64,000 nt of DNA from Octopus sinensis (Eukaryota). Positions 1-12,773 of the stretch are shown piece by piece. Each line of letters starts with the position of its first letter. Position 1 is the stretch's first letter. The translations under genes and the position numbers were made by a program. Where the stretch lies: assembly GCF_006345805.1 (NCBI RefSeq), contig NC_043005.1:3968001-4032000 (forward strand), written 5' to 3'. The notes under the pieces are model-generated. The model was not told where the DNA came from and did no database searches. It worked only from the letters and a program-made list of their open reading frames with translations.

Positions 1-97
1 AACGTCCACCTTCCATGCTAGCATGGGTTGGACGATTTTGACTGACCCATGCTAGCATGGAAGGCGGATGTTAAATGATGATGATATATATATATGT
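1..97. mobile_element. SINE family B 3' ends (CCCATGCTAGCATGG...GTTAAATGATGATGAT), two short pieces in inverted orientation
   Basis: 1-28 is the reverse complement of 45-72 with 2 mismatches. The same 3' end with a (GAT)n tail recurs at 54800-54845, 59710-59752 and 61730-61782. Confidence 0.75.
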
Positions 98-165
98 ATG
101 TATGTATATATGTGTGTGCGTGTGTCTGTGTCTGTGTGTGTGTATTTATATACATATATTCATTC

Positions 166-388
166 AAAATGTGACTGCGTGTGTACCGTTGGCGATTTTT
201 TTCCCTCCGTCTTCCCTTCCTTGGATCTTTCCTTTTCTTATGTTTCTGACGAAGAGCTGCACTCGAAATGTTAAATCCTCCTTCTTTCTTTCCTTTCCTG
301 AGCGTCCAATAACACTATACTTGTTCCACGTCCTCGCGTTGTTGTGTTTTCTCTTTGTGTTTTCATGTTTGGATTAACTTTAACTATA
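166..388 (+). mobile_element. Penelope-like non-autonomous terminal fragment (family P1) with a decayed hammerhead motif at 242-276
   Basis: Similar copies at 59820-60020 and 14445-14522. Motif reads GTTT-CTGACGA-A-GAG..CTC-GAAA-TGTT-AAAT. Confidence 0.6.
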
Positions 389-519
389 CACACACACACA
401 CATATATAAAATGGAATCTTCCATCAAAGACAATGTAGGAGTGTTCAGCTATTTTGCTCAACGAACTGCACAAATGATTTGTCTACTGTGATCAAATGTA
501 TGAGCCATACATTCGCTCC

Positions 520-690
520 CTCCCTCCATCAGATCAGTGTTACCTGAACAGGTACACAGTGTGCCATGCATAAGGTGTCGAAGCGATCGCAGAGCAATGT
601 GATATTGAAATGTTTTGCTCATGAACACAATGCACCACCTGGTCTAGGAATTGAAACCATGATCTCATGCAACAACCTAACCACTAGGGT
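520..690 (-). mobile_element. tRNA-headed SINE fragment (family D)
   Basis: Reverse strand reads TAGTGGTTAGG...GGTTTCAATTCCTAGACCAGGTGGTGCATTGTGTTC (A/B-box-like). A related head lies at ~29190-29270. Confidence 0.5.
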
Positions 691-699
691 ATGCATCCT

Positions 700-1435
700 C
701 ACTATATATATAGGGCCTTCCCCATTCAGAGTGAGCAGTGGTGTTCCCAAATAGGTCTGCCCACTTGCAGATGTAGGATCGAGTCCCTGGGTTGTCAAGA
801 GATCCCAGAAAGGTGACCATCTTGCATCTGCTGCCAACATGCAGGTCTGGACTAAGAGCTTCTAGTTTCACCAAAACCTGCTCCCACCATCCTTACCCCA
901 TCACCATTGGGCTTTTGTAAAAAAAAAAAGGGTGGGGAGTTGGATCAAACAGAAACTTGCCAATGGCGTGAACTTTGTTTAGAGTGGAGATTTCCTTGCC
1001 AAGGGGGTCCCTACATACTATGGGCCAAAATCCTTCTGCCGTGACACTACCTGGAGTGACATGTGAGGTCCTGAAGATGAGTTGTAACGGAATACCACTA
1101 GCTCCAATGTCATTAGAGTTGTGCCTTTCTAGCCGGTTCATCTGGCATCACCCACTTCCGCTAGGATCAATCATTGAGTTTGGACATCTAGCTTCCTCTG
1201 CTTGATTCACCATTGGGGTCTTAATTTGGTGTGGTGAGAGACAAGGACAGCGTTCCAGTGCCCTTGTTTGAACAGATCTTGTTTTTAGTTCTGATGGGTG
1301 TCCTCACACCCTCCTCCATCATTCAGCAAGCTGAACCAAGAGCGGAGCTGGTTTAGTCGCTGATGACCCAACCATAACTGAGAGGAACTGGAGTACATGA
1401 GTACCTGTTGTCTCCAGGAAGACACCTCAGCACCA
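700..1435 (-). mobile_element. Degenerate interspersed repeat, possibly the 5' region of an RTE-type LINE
   Basis: GC-richer, non-microsatellite block between TA/CA repeats. No recognisable ORF; assignment rests only on recalled similarity. Confidence 0.3.
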
Positions 1436-1488
1436 CACACTACATACATACATACATACATATATATGTGTGTGTGTGTGTGTATATA

Positions 1489-1520
<32 letters not shown>

Positions 1521-1654
1521 ACCACAGAAAAGATGCCAAAGCTGACATTGGAGCTTGGCACAGCCTTATGGCTTGCCAGATCCTGTCAAACCATCCAACC
1601 ATACCAGCAAGGAAAACGGACATTAAATGTTGATAATGATGATGATGATGATGA

Positions 1655-1657
<3 letters not shown>

Positions 1658-1729
<72 letters not shown>

Positions 1730-1763
1730 TATATATATATATATAATATATATATATATATAA

Positions 1764-1833
<70 letters not shown>

Positions 1834-1867
1834 TATATATAATATATATATACATATATATTATATG

Positions 1868-1919
<52 letters not shown>

Positions 1920-1945
1920 TGTATATACATATATATATGTGTGTG
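1658..1945. repeat. Interrupted (TA)n microsatellite
   Basis: Directly visible. Confidence 0.95.
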
Positions 1946-2410
1946 TGTTTGCATATACAAATGAAGAGAGAGACATAAATATAGACTAACTGACGTAGAG
2001 ACGGAAGTACGTACGTCAATGGATGCACCATAACATGTACTCTCCCACCAGGTAATGGTTAACCAACCAAAGTATTATTATTATTATTATTTCTATTATT
2101 ATTCTTATAAGTTAGCTATTTGGAAAGTTCAACAGAAATGGTATCCAGCTGTATCCTGCTGTGTGTGATACCATAATGAGGTTCCACATCTTAGATGGTG
2201 CCACAAAGAATTATGAAATCACTTAAGTTTCGAATGCTTCGCTAGTCCTGAATTTATTTAAATTGTAAAGAGATAAGTAGAGGATTAAGATAAGTAGGAG
2301 GAGGGAAGAAAGAAAGGAGATACAGAAGGAAGATAGGAAGGAAAGGGGGAAAGGTAAACATATAAGAGAAGATGAAGAGACAGAAAACCAAGAGGCAGTA
2401 TGAAGGTAAT

Positions 2411-2527
2411 ATGTATGTATGTATGTATGTGTGTGTGTGTGTGTGTGTGGTGTGTGTGTGTGTGTTGTGTGTGTGTGTGTGTGTGGTGTGTTGTGTGTGT
2501 GTGGTGTGTGTGTTGTGTGTGTGTGTG

Positions 2528-2589
<62 letters not shown>

Positions 2590-2776
2590 ATGTATGTATG
2601 TATGTATGTATGTATGTATGTATGTATGTATGTATGTATGTATGTATGTACGTACGTACGTACGTATTATATGCATGTATCACACACACACATATATACA
2701 TACATACGTGTGTGTTTGTGTGTATATACGCAGACATATATAATGATATAAATGTGAGAAAGAATACTGACAGGTT

Positions 2777-2862
<86 letters not shown>
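2411..2862. repeat. Compound microsatellite (TATG)n/(TG)n/(GA)n/(GACA)n
   Basis: Directly visible; explains the many overlapping low-complexity ORFs. Confidence 0.95.
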
Positions 2863-2864
<2 letters not shown>

Positions 2865-3324
2865 AAGGAGGAGGAGGCTTCCAGTTTAGGTATAAGGTCA
2901 GAAATTGTTATAGTGAATTTCTTTGCTTACATTGACCCCTCAGTGGTTTTCTTTTATTGGGTCCTTGCGTCCAAAGATGTTTAGGACAATTCAAAGATAG
3001 AATACAATCGCACAAAAAGTGGGGCTTATATCACATAAAAAAGTATTCAACAAAACGAAGGATAAGATAATAAAGATATCAACAAGAATAATTCCTCAAA
3101 AGAAGATTTGGGAGAAACCCAGCACAATGGTCCAGACGACTATGTCCCATCTAAGGCCTCAAGAGTATCTTCTCCTACTTTTTTTTTACTTAGAAAAGAG
3201 TAGACCCATTCAGCTTCACCATCACTGGTGATGGGAGAGATTCAGTATATCTAGAGCTAAGATCTGGGTCAGGGTTTACAATATCCAAGAAGATTTCAAG
3301 AACAAAATATAACTATAATAAAAA

Positions 3325-3700
3325 ATGTGGTACACGTATGGCTGCATGGGTAAGAGGATTGCTTCCTAATTATGTGGCCATGGGTTCAGTCCCACTGCAT
3401 GGCACCTTGGGCAAGTATCTTCTACTATAGACCCAGGCTGACCAAACCATGTAAGAATATTTGGTAGAGGAAAACTGAAAGAAGACTGTCATGTTTGTGC
3501 TTGCCCCATCACCACCACCACCACGTGACAACTGCCGTTGGTTTGTTTACATCTTCATAACTTGGTGGTTCAGCAAATGAGAGCAACAGAATAAGTACCA
3601 GGCTTAGAAAAATAAGTACTGGGCTTGATTTGTTTGACTAAACCTTTCAAGGTGATGCCCCAGCATGGCCATAGCCCAATGACTGAAACAAATAAAAGGT
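3325..3700 (+). mobile_element. SINE family A (tRNA-derived, octopus type), diverged full-length copy
   Basis: Head ...GGGTTCAGTCCCACTGC.TGGCACCTTGGGCAAGT and tail CCAGCATGGCC..AATGACTGAAACAA, as in the other copies in the window. Confidence 0.8.
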
Positions 3701-3716
3701 AAACAAACAGGTAATT

Positions 3717-5060
3717 ATGATGCTCAGCTGAAAAGTTCATAGGCTGACCAAATTACTGTCGTGGAGTGTGACCGAATGAGGTTCATTTTTCAACATAGCC
3801 TCCTCCCTTGCAGTTCACACACTTCTTCCATTAATGTTGCAGTGCTTGGATCCCATTGGTGAAGAAGCTTTCACCTTGTTTTGTCAAAAAAGTCATCAAC
3901 AGCAGATATGACGTCATCGTCAGCACACCAATGGTTCCCAGCCAAGTGTTTTTGTCATGCTGGGGAATATGATAGACAAATCAGGAGAATAGGTGGGGGG
4001 GGGGGTGATGGACAGCATCATCGATTGAAACCAAGGACTTGTGTGCTGGAGCATTGTCCTGATGAAATAACACTGTTCTTATCAACTTTCCTGGGCTTCT
4101 GGTCTCGATAGCCTTTTCTAACTGTTTCAGCAAGATAGTATGATTCCCTTCATTGATGGTATGGCCCCTTTTGAAGATAGTCAATAAACACAATGCTTTT
4201 TGCACCCCCAAATAACTGAAGCTATCACCTTCCCTGTTGATAAAACGACATTGGCCTTCTTGGGCAGGTGAGGAAGGGAGTTTTCACTGTACGGATTGTC
4301 TCTTTGTCTCTCACTCAAAGAGATGAACCCAACACTCATCTTGGCTGAGGAAACTTTCAAGGAAATCAGCTGGATCTACCTCAAACAATGTCAGATTTTC
4401 TTATCATGTGGTATTTCTTGTGCGCTTTTGCTCAAGTATTAGAAGACATGGCACCCACCAAGCAGAAACCTTTGTTGTGTCAAGTTCATTGTATAGAATA
4501 TTCTCAAATTTCTCACGGGACATGCTAATAGCATTGGCTATTTGATTCATAGTCTCAATTGCCTGTCAACCATCAGCATGTGGTGAATACAATCAATTTT
4601 TTCCTCAGTGGTCACAGTTGCAGACGTCCAGACCTTGGGTCATCTTGAAGTCTCTACCTTACCCTCCTAAATCCTGTTGCCCACTTTTGCACTGTTGATA
4701 AAACTGGAGTGTCATTCTCTAATGTAGCAACCATATCAACATCAACGTTTGGGGATGGTGGGGAAGCCTTTTTCCTGCAGGAACTTCATAACACTACAAT
4801 GCCAAGTTTTGCCCATTTTGAAGAGAAGTCGCTACTAGTTACGTTTGAAGTCTTCTTTAAACAATCAGGTGTCAGTTTACCAGGTAAGAAATAATACAGT
4901 TATTAATAAGAAGGGTTGACGTTAATGCATGCAAGATTTCACAGTTCTAGCATCACTTCTTCATAGTCAACCCTCCATAGTCAGCCTACCCTCGTGAGTG
5001 TGTATGCATACATACACACACACACATATATGTTATATGGATGATAATATTTTCAGCTGA
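3717..5060 (-). mobile_element. Decayed mariner (DD34D-type) transposon
   Basis: Minus-strand remnants DDPRSGR and VLFHQDNAPAHKS. Left TIR GCTCAGCTGAAAAGTTCATAGGCTGAC, with split complementary pieces at ~4980 (GTCAGCCTA) and ~5049 (TTTTCAGCTGAG). Confidence 0.85.
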
Positions 5061-5589
5061 GACTTTACAACCATATCTGTTCAAGTGCTTCAATTCTGTG
5101 TATGTACATATATCTACTGGCTTACTGACATTTATCAATAGTTTCTCCCATTGTTTTGATGCGCCATTTTCTATCATCAATAGAACTGTCTGCATTTTTA
5201 ACAACACGGGTATGCTAGTAATAATAATAATAATAATAAAATCAAACACACACACGCACACCCACCCACAACACATTCATGAAGTCTGATGGTAGGTGGA
5301 GTAGCAACATAATCACTGACGTTCTTTTTCCTCTCCCTACCCATGGAGCCGTTTTTTAGACTCTTTTACCGAAATAGTTTCCTGTTGCGAAGGTCAGATG
5401 CTAGAATTAACCTTTTTTGTTATTGCCTTTGCTGTGCTTTTTATTATTATTATTATTATTATTATTTTGTGAACTTCGTCAGGATTTCCCCCAACATCAT
5501 CCAGCTCCAGATCCCTCTCTTTCTCCACCGCCATTCCTTCCTTTTACTTTTATTTCCCGATTTCCTCCTATTTTTCATTCTGGCATGTT

Positions 5590-5631
<42 letters not shown>

Positions 5632-5939
5632 TGTTTGTGTGTGTGATGTAAAACGTATTTCGTAATGGAAGAAATCAGCTTAACAATAGATATACGAAAA
5701 AAATCAAAAAAAAAAAAAATCGGGCAACCACCCCCACCACTGGCATCGTCAATTCAACTTAAACCTTGTTCTTACTCCTCCTCTTCCTACTACTACTACT
5801 GTCATTGGCCACCCCTCATCATTTCTAAGTAATACAACAACAACAGCCACGATAATGTTCTACTACAAATGTTACTTTAATACAGCTGTTGCTGCTTCTA
5901 ATAGTATTGTTAACCGACAATCGACTTCGTCTTTCTGTC

Positions 5940-6080
5940 CCCCCCCCCCGCCCCACGGCGGCCCATTATCGCCGCCATTTCTCTTCTCTATTGAATCAGT
6001 TGACACCAATAGCTGAACAATTACCTTCGCAAACTTCCGGTTATCTCAATATAATTCAGTCTAGAGAACCGGAAACTGTT
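5940..6080 (-). promoter_or_regulatory. Candidate TATA-less promoter: GC box, YY1-like, CCAAT and two ETS-like motifs
   Basis: CCCCGCCCC 5946-5954, GCCGCCATTT 5971-5980, CCAAT 6006-6010, ACTTCCGG 6033-6040, ACCGGAAAC 6068-6076, in a locally CpG-richer unique stretch. Confidence 0.4.
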
Positions 6081-6463
6081 TAGCTACGAACAAATTATGT
6101 GAACTACAATGAACCTAACTGTGCAAGGACTTGTCTGTCGGAGATTCCAGTCACATCGATTGCTTATGTTTAATATTGATAATAGCAGTTTACCAATCAG
6201 TCGCTTATTAGCCTGGGTAAATTTGGGGAAGTACACCCACAAGCGTTTCACTAAATAAAAAAAAAAAAAACCTCAGATTTTTTGTGTGGAATCAGGTACC
6301 CTGACCTCCTATGTGCCGCAAACCCCTTATATTTGTTTGACAAAAAAAAAAAAAAGGTGGGTGGGAAACCAGACCCTCTCCCCCGCAACCCGGAATCACT
6401 GGAATTTTTGTTTTTCGTTGAATGAATTACGGTGACCGCCTTATGTGCCACAAAACATTTTTG

Positions 6464-6851
6464 GGATCTTTTCGGTTTGAACGGCAGTTTTTAACATAAT
6501 TTCTAGGTAACTAAAAAATTTTAAACTTCGTATACTGATAGAATGTGTTCGTAAAACATCTTTTTCTCTTGGCTTTATTGAGAAAATTCTATAGTTTGTA
6601 AGATATTTGTTGTTGTTTTTCTGCAATTTCAACTAATCACTGACGTCTATTGAGGTAAAAAAAAAAACATTGTGCCGTATGAATACGTCCCTCGTTTAAG
6701 AAACAGATTGGGTTTATTTACATTTGTGAAGAAAAAAGATACCCTTCCCCTAACCCTAACCCTAAAACAGATTGATACTAGGCTTATAATTATGGGTGAC
6801 AATTTCATATGACACCGCTAGAAAAAACTGCCGTTCAAACCGAAAAGATCC
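6464..6851. mobile_element. MITE with GGATC...GATCC termini and 8-bp TSD (Merlin-type by end structure)
   Basis: ~30-bp TIRs GGATCTTTTCGGTTTGAACGGCAGTTTTT. CATTTTTG is duplicated at 6456-6463 and 6852-6859. Second copy at 31867-32376. Confidence 0.85.
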
Positions 6852-7252
6852 CATTTTTGTCCACAAAACGTCATGGGAGGGGGGACTTCCCAAAATGTAA
6901 TCATTGCCTGTACCAATCAAATACTGGAGCCGATAGTATGGACTAACCTCTTCAAATTAAAATAGCAGGTCTTGTGCCTAAATCAGAAACGGTATAAGTG
7001 TATATAATTTTCACGTGTATATAAGTTTCAACCAAACGGAAATGATCCAGGATAAGGACGCTTAATGTGTGAGCGTGTGGCTGAGTAACTTTATTTTTAT
7101 TTTCTATGTTTTAGTGAGAAAAAAAAAAAACAGATACAAAGTGACCGTAATCATTCTACGTCATCCAAGACAGGAGAAATTGAAATAGTTCGTGGTTGAA
7201 CTTCAAAAAAAGAAATAATAATAATAATAATAATAATATAATAATAATAATC

Positions 7253-7692
7253 CCCTGTGATCATAATATCTCGGCGAAAGAATTTGACAAGCTCAGAAAA
7301 TATAAAGACCTGCTCATTGAAATTGAGAAAATGTGGCATCTCAAGGCGGTTACAATACCAGTGATCGTTGGAGCACTAGGAATCATCAAGAAGGGAACCG
7401 AAAATTATATGAGAATGATCCCTGGCTTACCATCCCTGCAAGAAGTGCAAAAGATTGTCTTAACTGGTACATCACACGTATTGAGAAGAGCATTGTCGAT
7501 GTGAGAACTATTACTGCCCATGTATTTTAATTTAACTTTAAAAAAAAAAATGAACGAACTAGTGAGTTTAGTTTAATGGCCTACCAATGTATACTATGAG
7601 TTTCTTTGCCCTAGGAGTCGGGAAGACACTCGGCAAGAAATGGAAGCAAATTTGAAAGAAGAAGGAAAAAAAGATAATAATAATAATAATAT
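7253..7692 (+). mobile_element. 5'-truncated R4/Dong-like non-LTR retrotransposon (restriction-like endonuclease C-terminus and 3' UTR) within (TAA)n
   Basis: Translation PCDHNISAKEFDKLRKYKDLLIEIEKMWHLKAVTIPVIVGALG...; (TAA)n on both sides. Confidence 0.8.
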
Positions 7693-10569
7693 GTCCTAAA
7701 GAAATGGCTTGTCTTTCAAAAGATTTTTGCTTCCATCTGACATCATGAAGATGGACAAAGTTACCAAACAGCGATTCTTATATATTGTTGCAGCAGCTGT
7801 TTTTATTAAAGGCAATTCTGATGAAGCTGTAGTTATTCTAGGAAATTCCCCTTGCCTCGTAGCTCTTCTTCTAAACAGCTACGTGAGATCGATACAAGCG
7901 AGAGCAGAGTGGTAGATAGTAGTTTTTCCTCATTAGTTAAGTCTGCTTTCGTTCTGAGTTCAAATGCTACCGAGGTCAACTTCGTGTTTCATCTCTTCGA
8001 TATCGGTAAAACATAGTACCAGTCACGTACTGGGGTCAGTATAATCGACTAATTTCTTATTAACAGATTTTATTTATAAATTACTCAAGTGGTTAGTTAA
8101 TTGATTAACAAATCGACTAATGATGGTTTCTGATTTAGGCCAGCAGGGTTTGAGAGGAGGGCACAAGTCGATATCAAGGACCCCACTACTTTACTGTTAC
8201 TTATTTTGTTGACACCAAAGAAAGGAAAGGCACGCCAGCAATAGCAACATCAACAATACAGTGATTGATAAATATCTGTAACGTTTGTTCTTATCTAGAC
8301 TGGCCACAAATAAACTTCAAATATTGTCACTAGTAACTTCTTTGAAACAGAAGTTTCATGTTGAGGGGATGTTCGAACATGCAAGATGACTATCAACAGG
8401 ACAAGCAATGTATGATTGTAGTTCATTAATTTTAATCGTTTCTGCTTAGTGTGTTTATAATTCATTCATTTTTGCTGGACAAAGCCTTAGCAAACGTCAG
8501 CAAATATCCCTTGCCTTGCTTTTGACCCTCAATTCATAAATGAAATCATAGGCTCACCATCGTGAGCATTTTAGATTTGGGAGAGTTCATACTTCTACAA
8601 ATATGACACAGCAAATTTCTTCCAGAAGAAGACATAGACAAAGAGAAGAATCAACAATAACTGGTACTTTATTTATCGATCATGAAACGATGGGTTGGAC
8701 GGTTTGACTGGATCCGATGGGTACAAAGACTGCGTTGTCTGCTTTGACAATTTCTACACCTGATGCACTTCCTAACGCCAACCATTTTACGTGTACGAGG
8801 TGCTTTCCTTTCATATCACCAGCATTAATGGAGTTGTCATAGAACTTGCAAAAAATGAGCCCTGAGGCGGAGAATGGACTTTATGTTGGTAGTTGAGGGT
8901 TTAAAGTGTGAGAGAAGGGGCCAAGTCAAACCGGCTCTTTCTCTATTGGTAAGAAATCTTGAAATAAAACTGAACAATGACATACATGCATGCATGCATG
9001 CATACATACATACATACATACATACATACATACATACATACATACACACACTCTTGTACACTTGAACATGGAAAGACGTTTGCTACGTTTAGTGTGTCAG
9101 AGAAGATATTCTTCTTATGAACCGTGTGTGTGAAACGTATTGAGCTGACCTCTTAATAACATCCTTAGATTGTCAGGCATGTATTTCAGTGTCGATTGCG
9201 CTTCGTCAGTTTCAAACTGAAGTGGCTTCAGTCGTTCACAGCCCAGACGGAACTCTTGTTCCTGTATGTATACAGCAAAAAGTACATTTGCTGAAAGGAC
9301 GGCCAATTGGCAGAGTGTTTAGAGTGTCGGATAGATTGCTTTGTGGTCAAAGTCCGAGCTGTTTACATTCTGAATTCAAATCCCACCGAGGTCAGCATTG
9401 CTTTTCATCGTTTCGAACATCAGATGATGATAATGATGATTATCTAAATCTTATCTTGTATATGTGCGTGTGTATGAAACACACATATATATATATATAT
9501 ATAATTATAAGGTATGAAAGGTATTGGTGTCAGGAAGGCCCAAAAGGTATCGGGTAAATGCTATGGATAGAGCATGGTTAAGCTTCAGGCTCGATAATGA
9601 TACGAGTGAGGAGTCCGACGTGGGTCATGTATAATTATACTAAGGGAACGGGGCGAAACAACCTATATCCTTCATGCTTGAAATAAATGCTAAGGCTCTA
9701 AGAAACCACTGAATAACTCCAAAGACACAAGTTGTAGTCGAGCAAGTGAAAAAATACTAAAATAAAGAGTTCGCGGTAATTGTGAATTGGATCCAATTTT
9801 TGGATTAAAGCCACAAAAAAGACTTTTTTTCCTTCGTCAACACAATACACGGGAATATATATATATAGATAATTCTACATACCTGCACAAAGCAGATCCG
9901 CACGTCTACGTACAGATATTTGCACGTATAGACCAAAAATAAGTAAGATATTTTTTCACCCCACAAAATAGCTCCGCAGGAAATGCGATTTTGATCAGGA
10001 GTGTGTGTGTGTGTGGTGTGTGTGTGTGTGGTGTGTGTGTGTTGAAGGAGAGCGTGTGTGCATATATGTCTGTCTGTTGGGAAGCTCCCGACATTGTATG
10101 TTATTGCATTAAAAAAATATATACACACAAAATTACACGTTAAATGTAGAACGTCTGCTAGTTGAATCAAGTTGCCATTTATGTGATAACGTTTACGTGT
10201 TTATGTGTGTTCTCGGGAGAAGGATTCAAAGATTCCTGTATCTATAACTGGAGAAATAAATATTTTATTTCATTAGAAGGGTAGCAGATGATTCTCCCTG
10301 TCTGAATAATGGATGTAAACCTCTTGCGTAGTTATAGTATTTTGAGTGGGTATAATATTCCTACAAATTTCGTTTGATCTCGCTATTTCTTTCACATTAT
10401 GTAATCTTGCTAACAGGGTGTGGTGATCTTGTCGGCGTTTATAAAGCTGTAGAATATTTTATTAGTTACTCAGATAATTTGTCTTTAAAGACAACCGACT
10501 TCGATAAGCCATTGAGAAAGAAAAAAATCTTTCGGAGTAGTTTTAGATAGAACTGAGCTGTTTTACTCT

Positions 10570-10970
10570 CTCTTTTTACTCTTTTACTTGTTTCAGTCAT
10601 TTGACTGCGGTCATGCTGGAGCACACCTTTTAGTCGAGCAAATCGACCCCCAGGACTTACACTTTGTAAGAATTCTATCGGTGTCTTGGGCCGAACCGCT
10701 AAGTTACGGGGACGTAAACACACCAGCATCGGTTGTCAAGCGATATTGGGGGAACAAACACAGACATACAAACATATACACACATACATATATATAAACA
10801 TATATACGACAGGCTTCTTTCAGTTTCCGTCAACCAAAACTACTCACAAAGCTTTGGTTGGCCCGAGGATATAGTAGAAGACACTTGCCCAAAGTGCCAC
10901 GCAGTGGGACTGAACCCGGAACCATGTGGTTGGTAAGCAAGCTACTTACCACACAGCCACTCCTGCGCCT
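10570..10970 (-). mobile_element. SINE family A, full-length
   Basis: tRNA-like head, internal microsatellite and 3' body all present. Confidence 0.9.
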
Positions 10971-11344
10971 ATTTTACCGAATAACTTTTTTAATTCTTTT
11001 GTTCTTTTATTCTTTTACTTGTTCCAGTTATCTGCGCCCGTGCTGGGACACAGAGTTGAAGGGCTTAGTCAGACAAATCGACCCCAGCATTTACTCTTTT
11101 AAAGTCTGCTACTTGTTTTATTAGTTTTTTTTGCCAAACCGCTAAGTTACGGGGACGCAAAGAAACCAACAACGGTTGTCAAGCAGGAGAGAAGAAACAG
11201 ACACAAAGACGCGCATGCGCACGCACGCACACAAATATAAAGGGTCGAGTTGTTTGATTAAAACTCTTCAAGGCCGTACTCCAGCTTGGCCGCAGTCAAA
11301 TGACTGAAACATGTAAAAGAGAAACACGTTATATATCTTACACA

Positions 11345-11386
<42 letters not shown>

Positions 11387-11544
11387 TCACACGACGGTTT
11401 TCCATTCAGGGATCTTTTTCCGTTGCTGTCACAGATTTTGAAATTTTAAACTTAAGTGAAAATTTTCGAATTCGGTCCATTGATGTAATTTTTCACACTT
11501 AATCGGATTTTGTGGTTCGTTTATCCCAGATAATAGTTTAGAAA

Positions 11545-11760
11545 ATTATTGACAGAATCGTTTGCACGCCGGGCGAAATGTTTAGCGGTATTTCATCCGT
11601 CTTCACGTTCTGAGTTCAAATACCGCCCAGGTCCACTTTAGGGTCCATCCTTTTCGGGGTCGATAAATCATGTACCAGTTGAGTACTAGGGTCGATTTAA
11701 TCGACTTACCCGTCCTCCGAAATTGCTACCCTTATGCCAAAATTTGAAACCAATTTATGA
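11545..11760 (+). mobile_element. SINE family C (TTCTGAGTTCAAAT..CCG..GAGGTCGACTTTGCCTTTCATCC core)
   Basis: Same core at ~7945, ~9340, 36430-36690, 37380-37990, 42115-42480 and ~53880. Confidence 0.8.
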
Positions 11761-12430
11761 CAAAAATGTAATTTCATTTTCATAATTAGCATACAAAACT
11801 AAATCGGTACACCAACTTTGAAATCAAGTGGAACAAAACTAGAAGAAATAGAAAATTGTGACAACTACAGAAAAGATCCCTATACTGTTTCCGCCAACCA
11901 AATTCACTCAAAAGACGGTTCGAGGCTATAGTAGAAGACATTTGTCCAAGATGTAACGCAAGTGGAACTGAACTCAAAACCACTCGGTTGAAAAGCGAAC
12001 TTCGTAATTACACAATCATGCTTGTGCATTCATTGTTTTATTCGCTTTATTTCTGGCAAGAGAGAAGGAATCTGTCCAGTGGTTCTGTCAAAGAAATGAA
12101 AGATTATAATATAATATTATTCTTCCAGTGACAGATACTGGGAAACCCTCCCTTGAGTACACACACAAACAAACATTCTCTTATAAAATATTAACGTAGG
12201 CCAATATACAGAAGTTAGATTTGTTGGAGAAAAATACAAAAGATTAAAACAAAAAAAAAAAAAACAGAGAAAAGATACGCGTTTATAACACGAATAAAAA
12301 GATAAGGTTAAGAAAATGGGAGTAATTTATGTGGAAGCCATATTACTTTAACAGTAATGGGAGTACACGTTAGCTAAGTTTATCAGTTGTAGTTATATTA
12401 TTTGTTTTTTTTTCCCCCTGATAAATGGAA

Positions 12431-12550
12431 GGAGAAGAAGAAGAAGAAGAAGAGAAGAAGAAGAAGAAGAAGAAGAAGAAGAGAAGAAGAAGAGAAGAAG
12501 AAGAAGAAGAAGAAGAAGAGAAGAAGAAGAAGAAGAAGGACGAGGAGGAA
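12431..12550. repeat. (GAA)n purine microsatellite with periodic interruptions
   Basis: Directly visible. Confidence 0.95.
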
Positions 12551-12604
12551 GATTGGTAAATAGATGGGTGGATGGATAGATAGAGTGTGCGTATAATATA
12601 TACA

Positions 12605-12773
12605 TATAGGCGCAGGTATGGCTGTGTGGTGAGAAGCTTGCTTCCTAACCACACTGTTCTGGGTTCAGTACCACTGCGTGGTACCTTGGGCAAGTGTTTT
12701 CTATTTTGGCCTCGGGTCGACCAAAGCCTTGTGAGTGGATTTGGTAGACGAAAACTGAAAGAAGCCCGTCGTG

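Noticed and set aside
1300-1440. HDV-like ribozyme at the putative RTE 5' end (minus strand)
   Set aside because: A P1-like helix with a G-U start can be drawn, but P3/L3 spacing and P2 do not fit the nested double pseudoknot.
6766-6790. Telomeric repeat remnant (CCCTAACCCTAACCCTAA)
   Set aside because: Only 2-3 units, internal to a MITE and shared by its second copy.
7820-7860. CTGATGA...GAAA motif
   Set aside because: No stem I, II or III pairing.
9160-9230. Hammerhead on the minus strand (CTGACGA...GAAA)
   Set aside because: Stem II is plausible, but there is no NUH site or stem I pairing.
10850-10970. tRNA genes suggested by GGTTCAGTCCCAC / GGGTTCAG motifs (many sites)
   Set aside because: They are tRNA-derived SINE heads continuing into SINE bodies; no complete cloverleaf.
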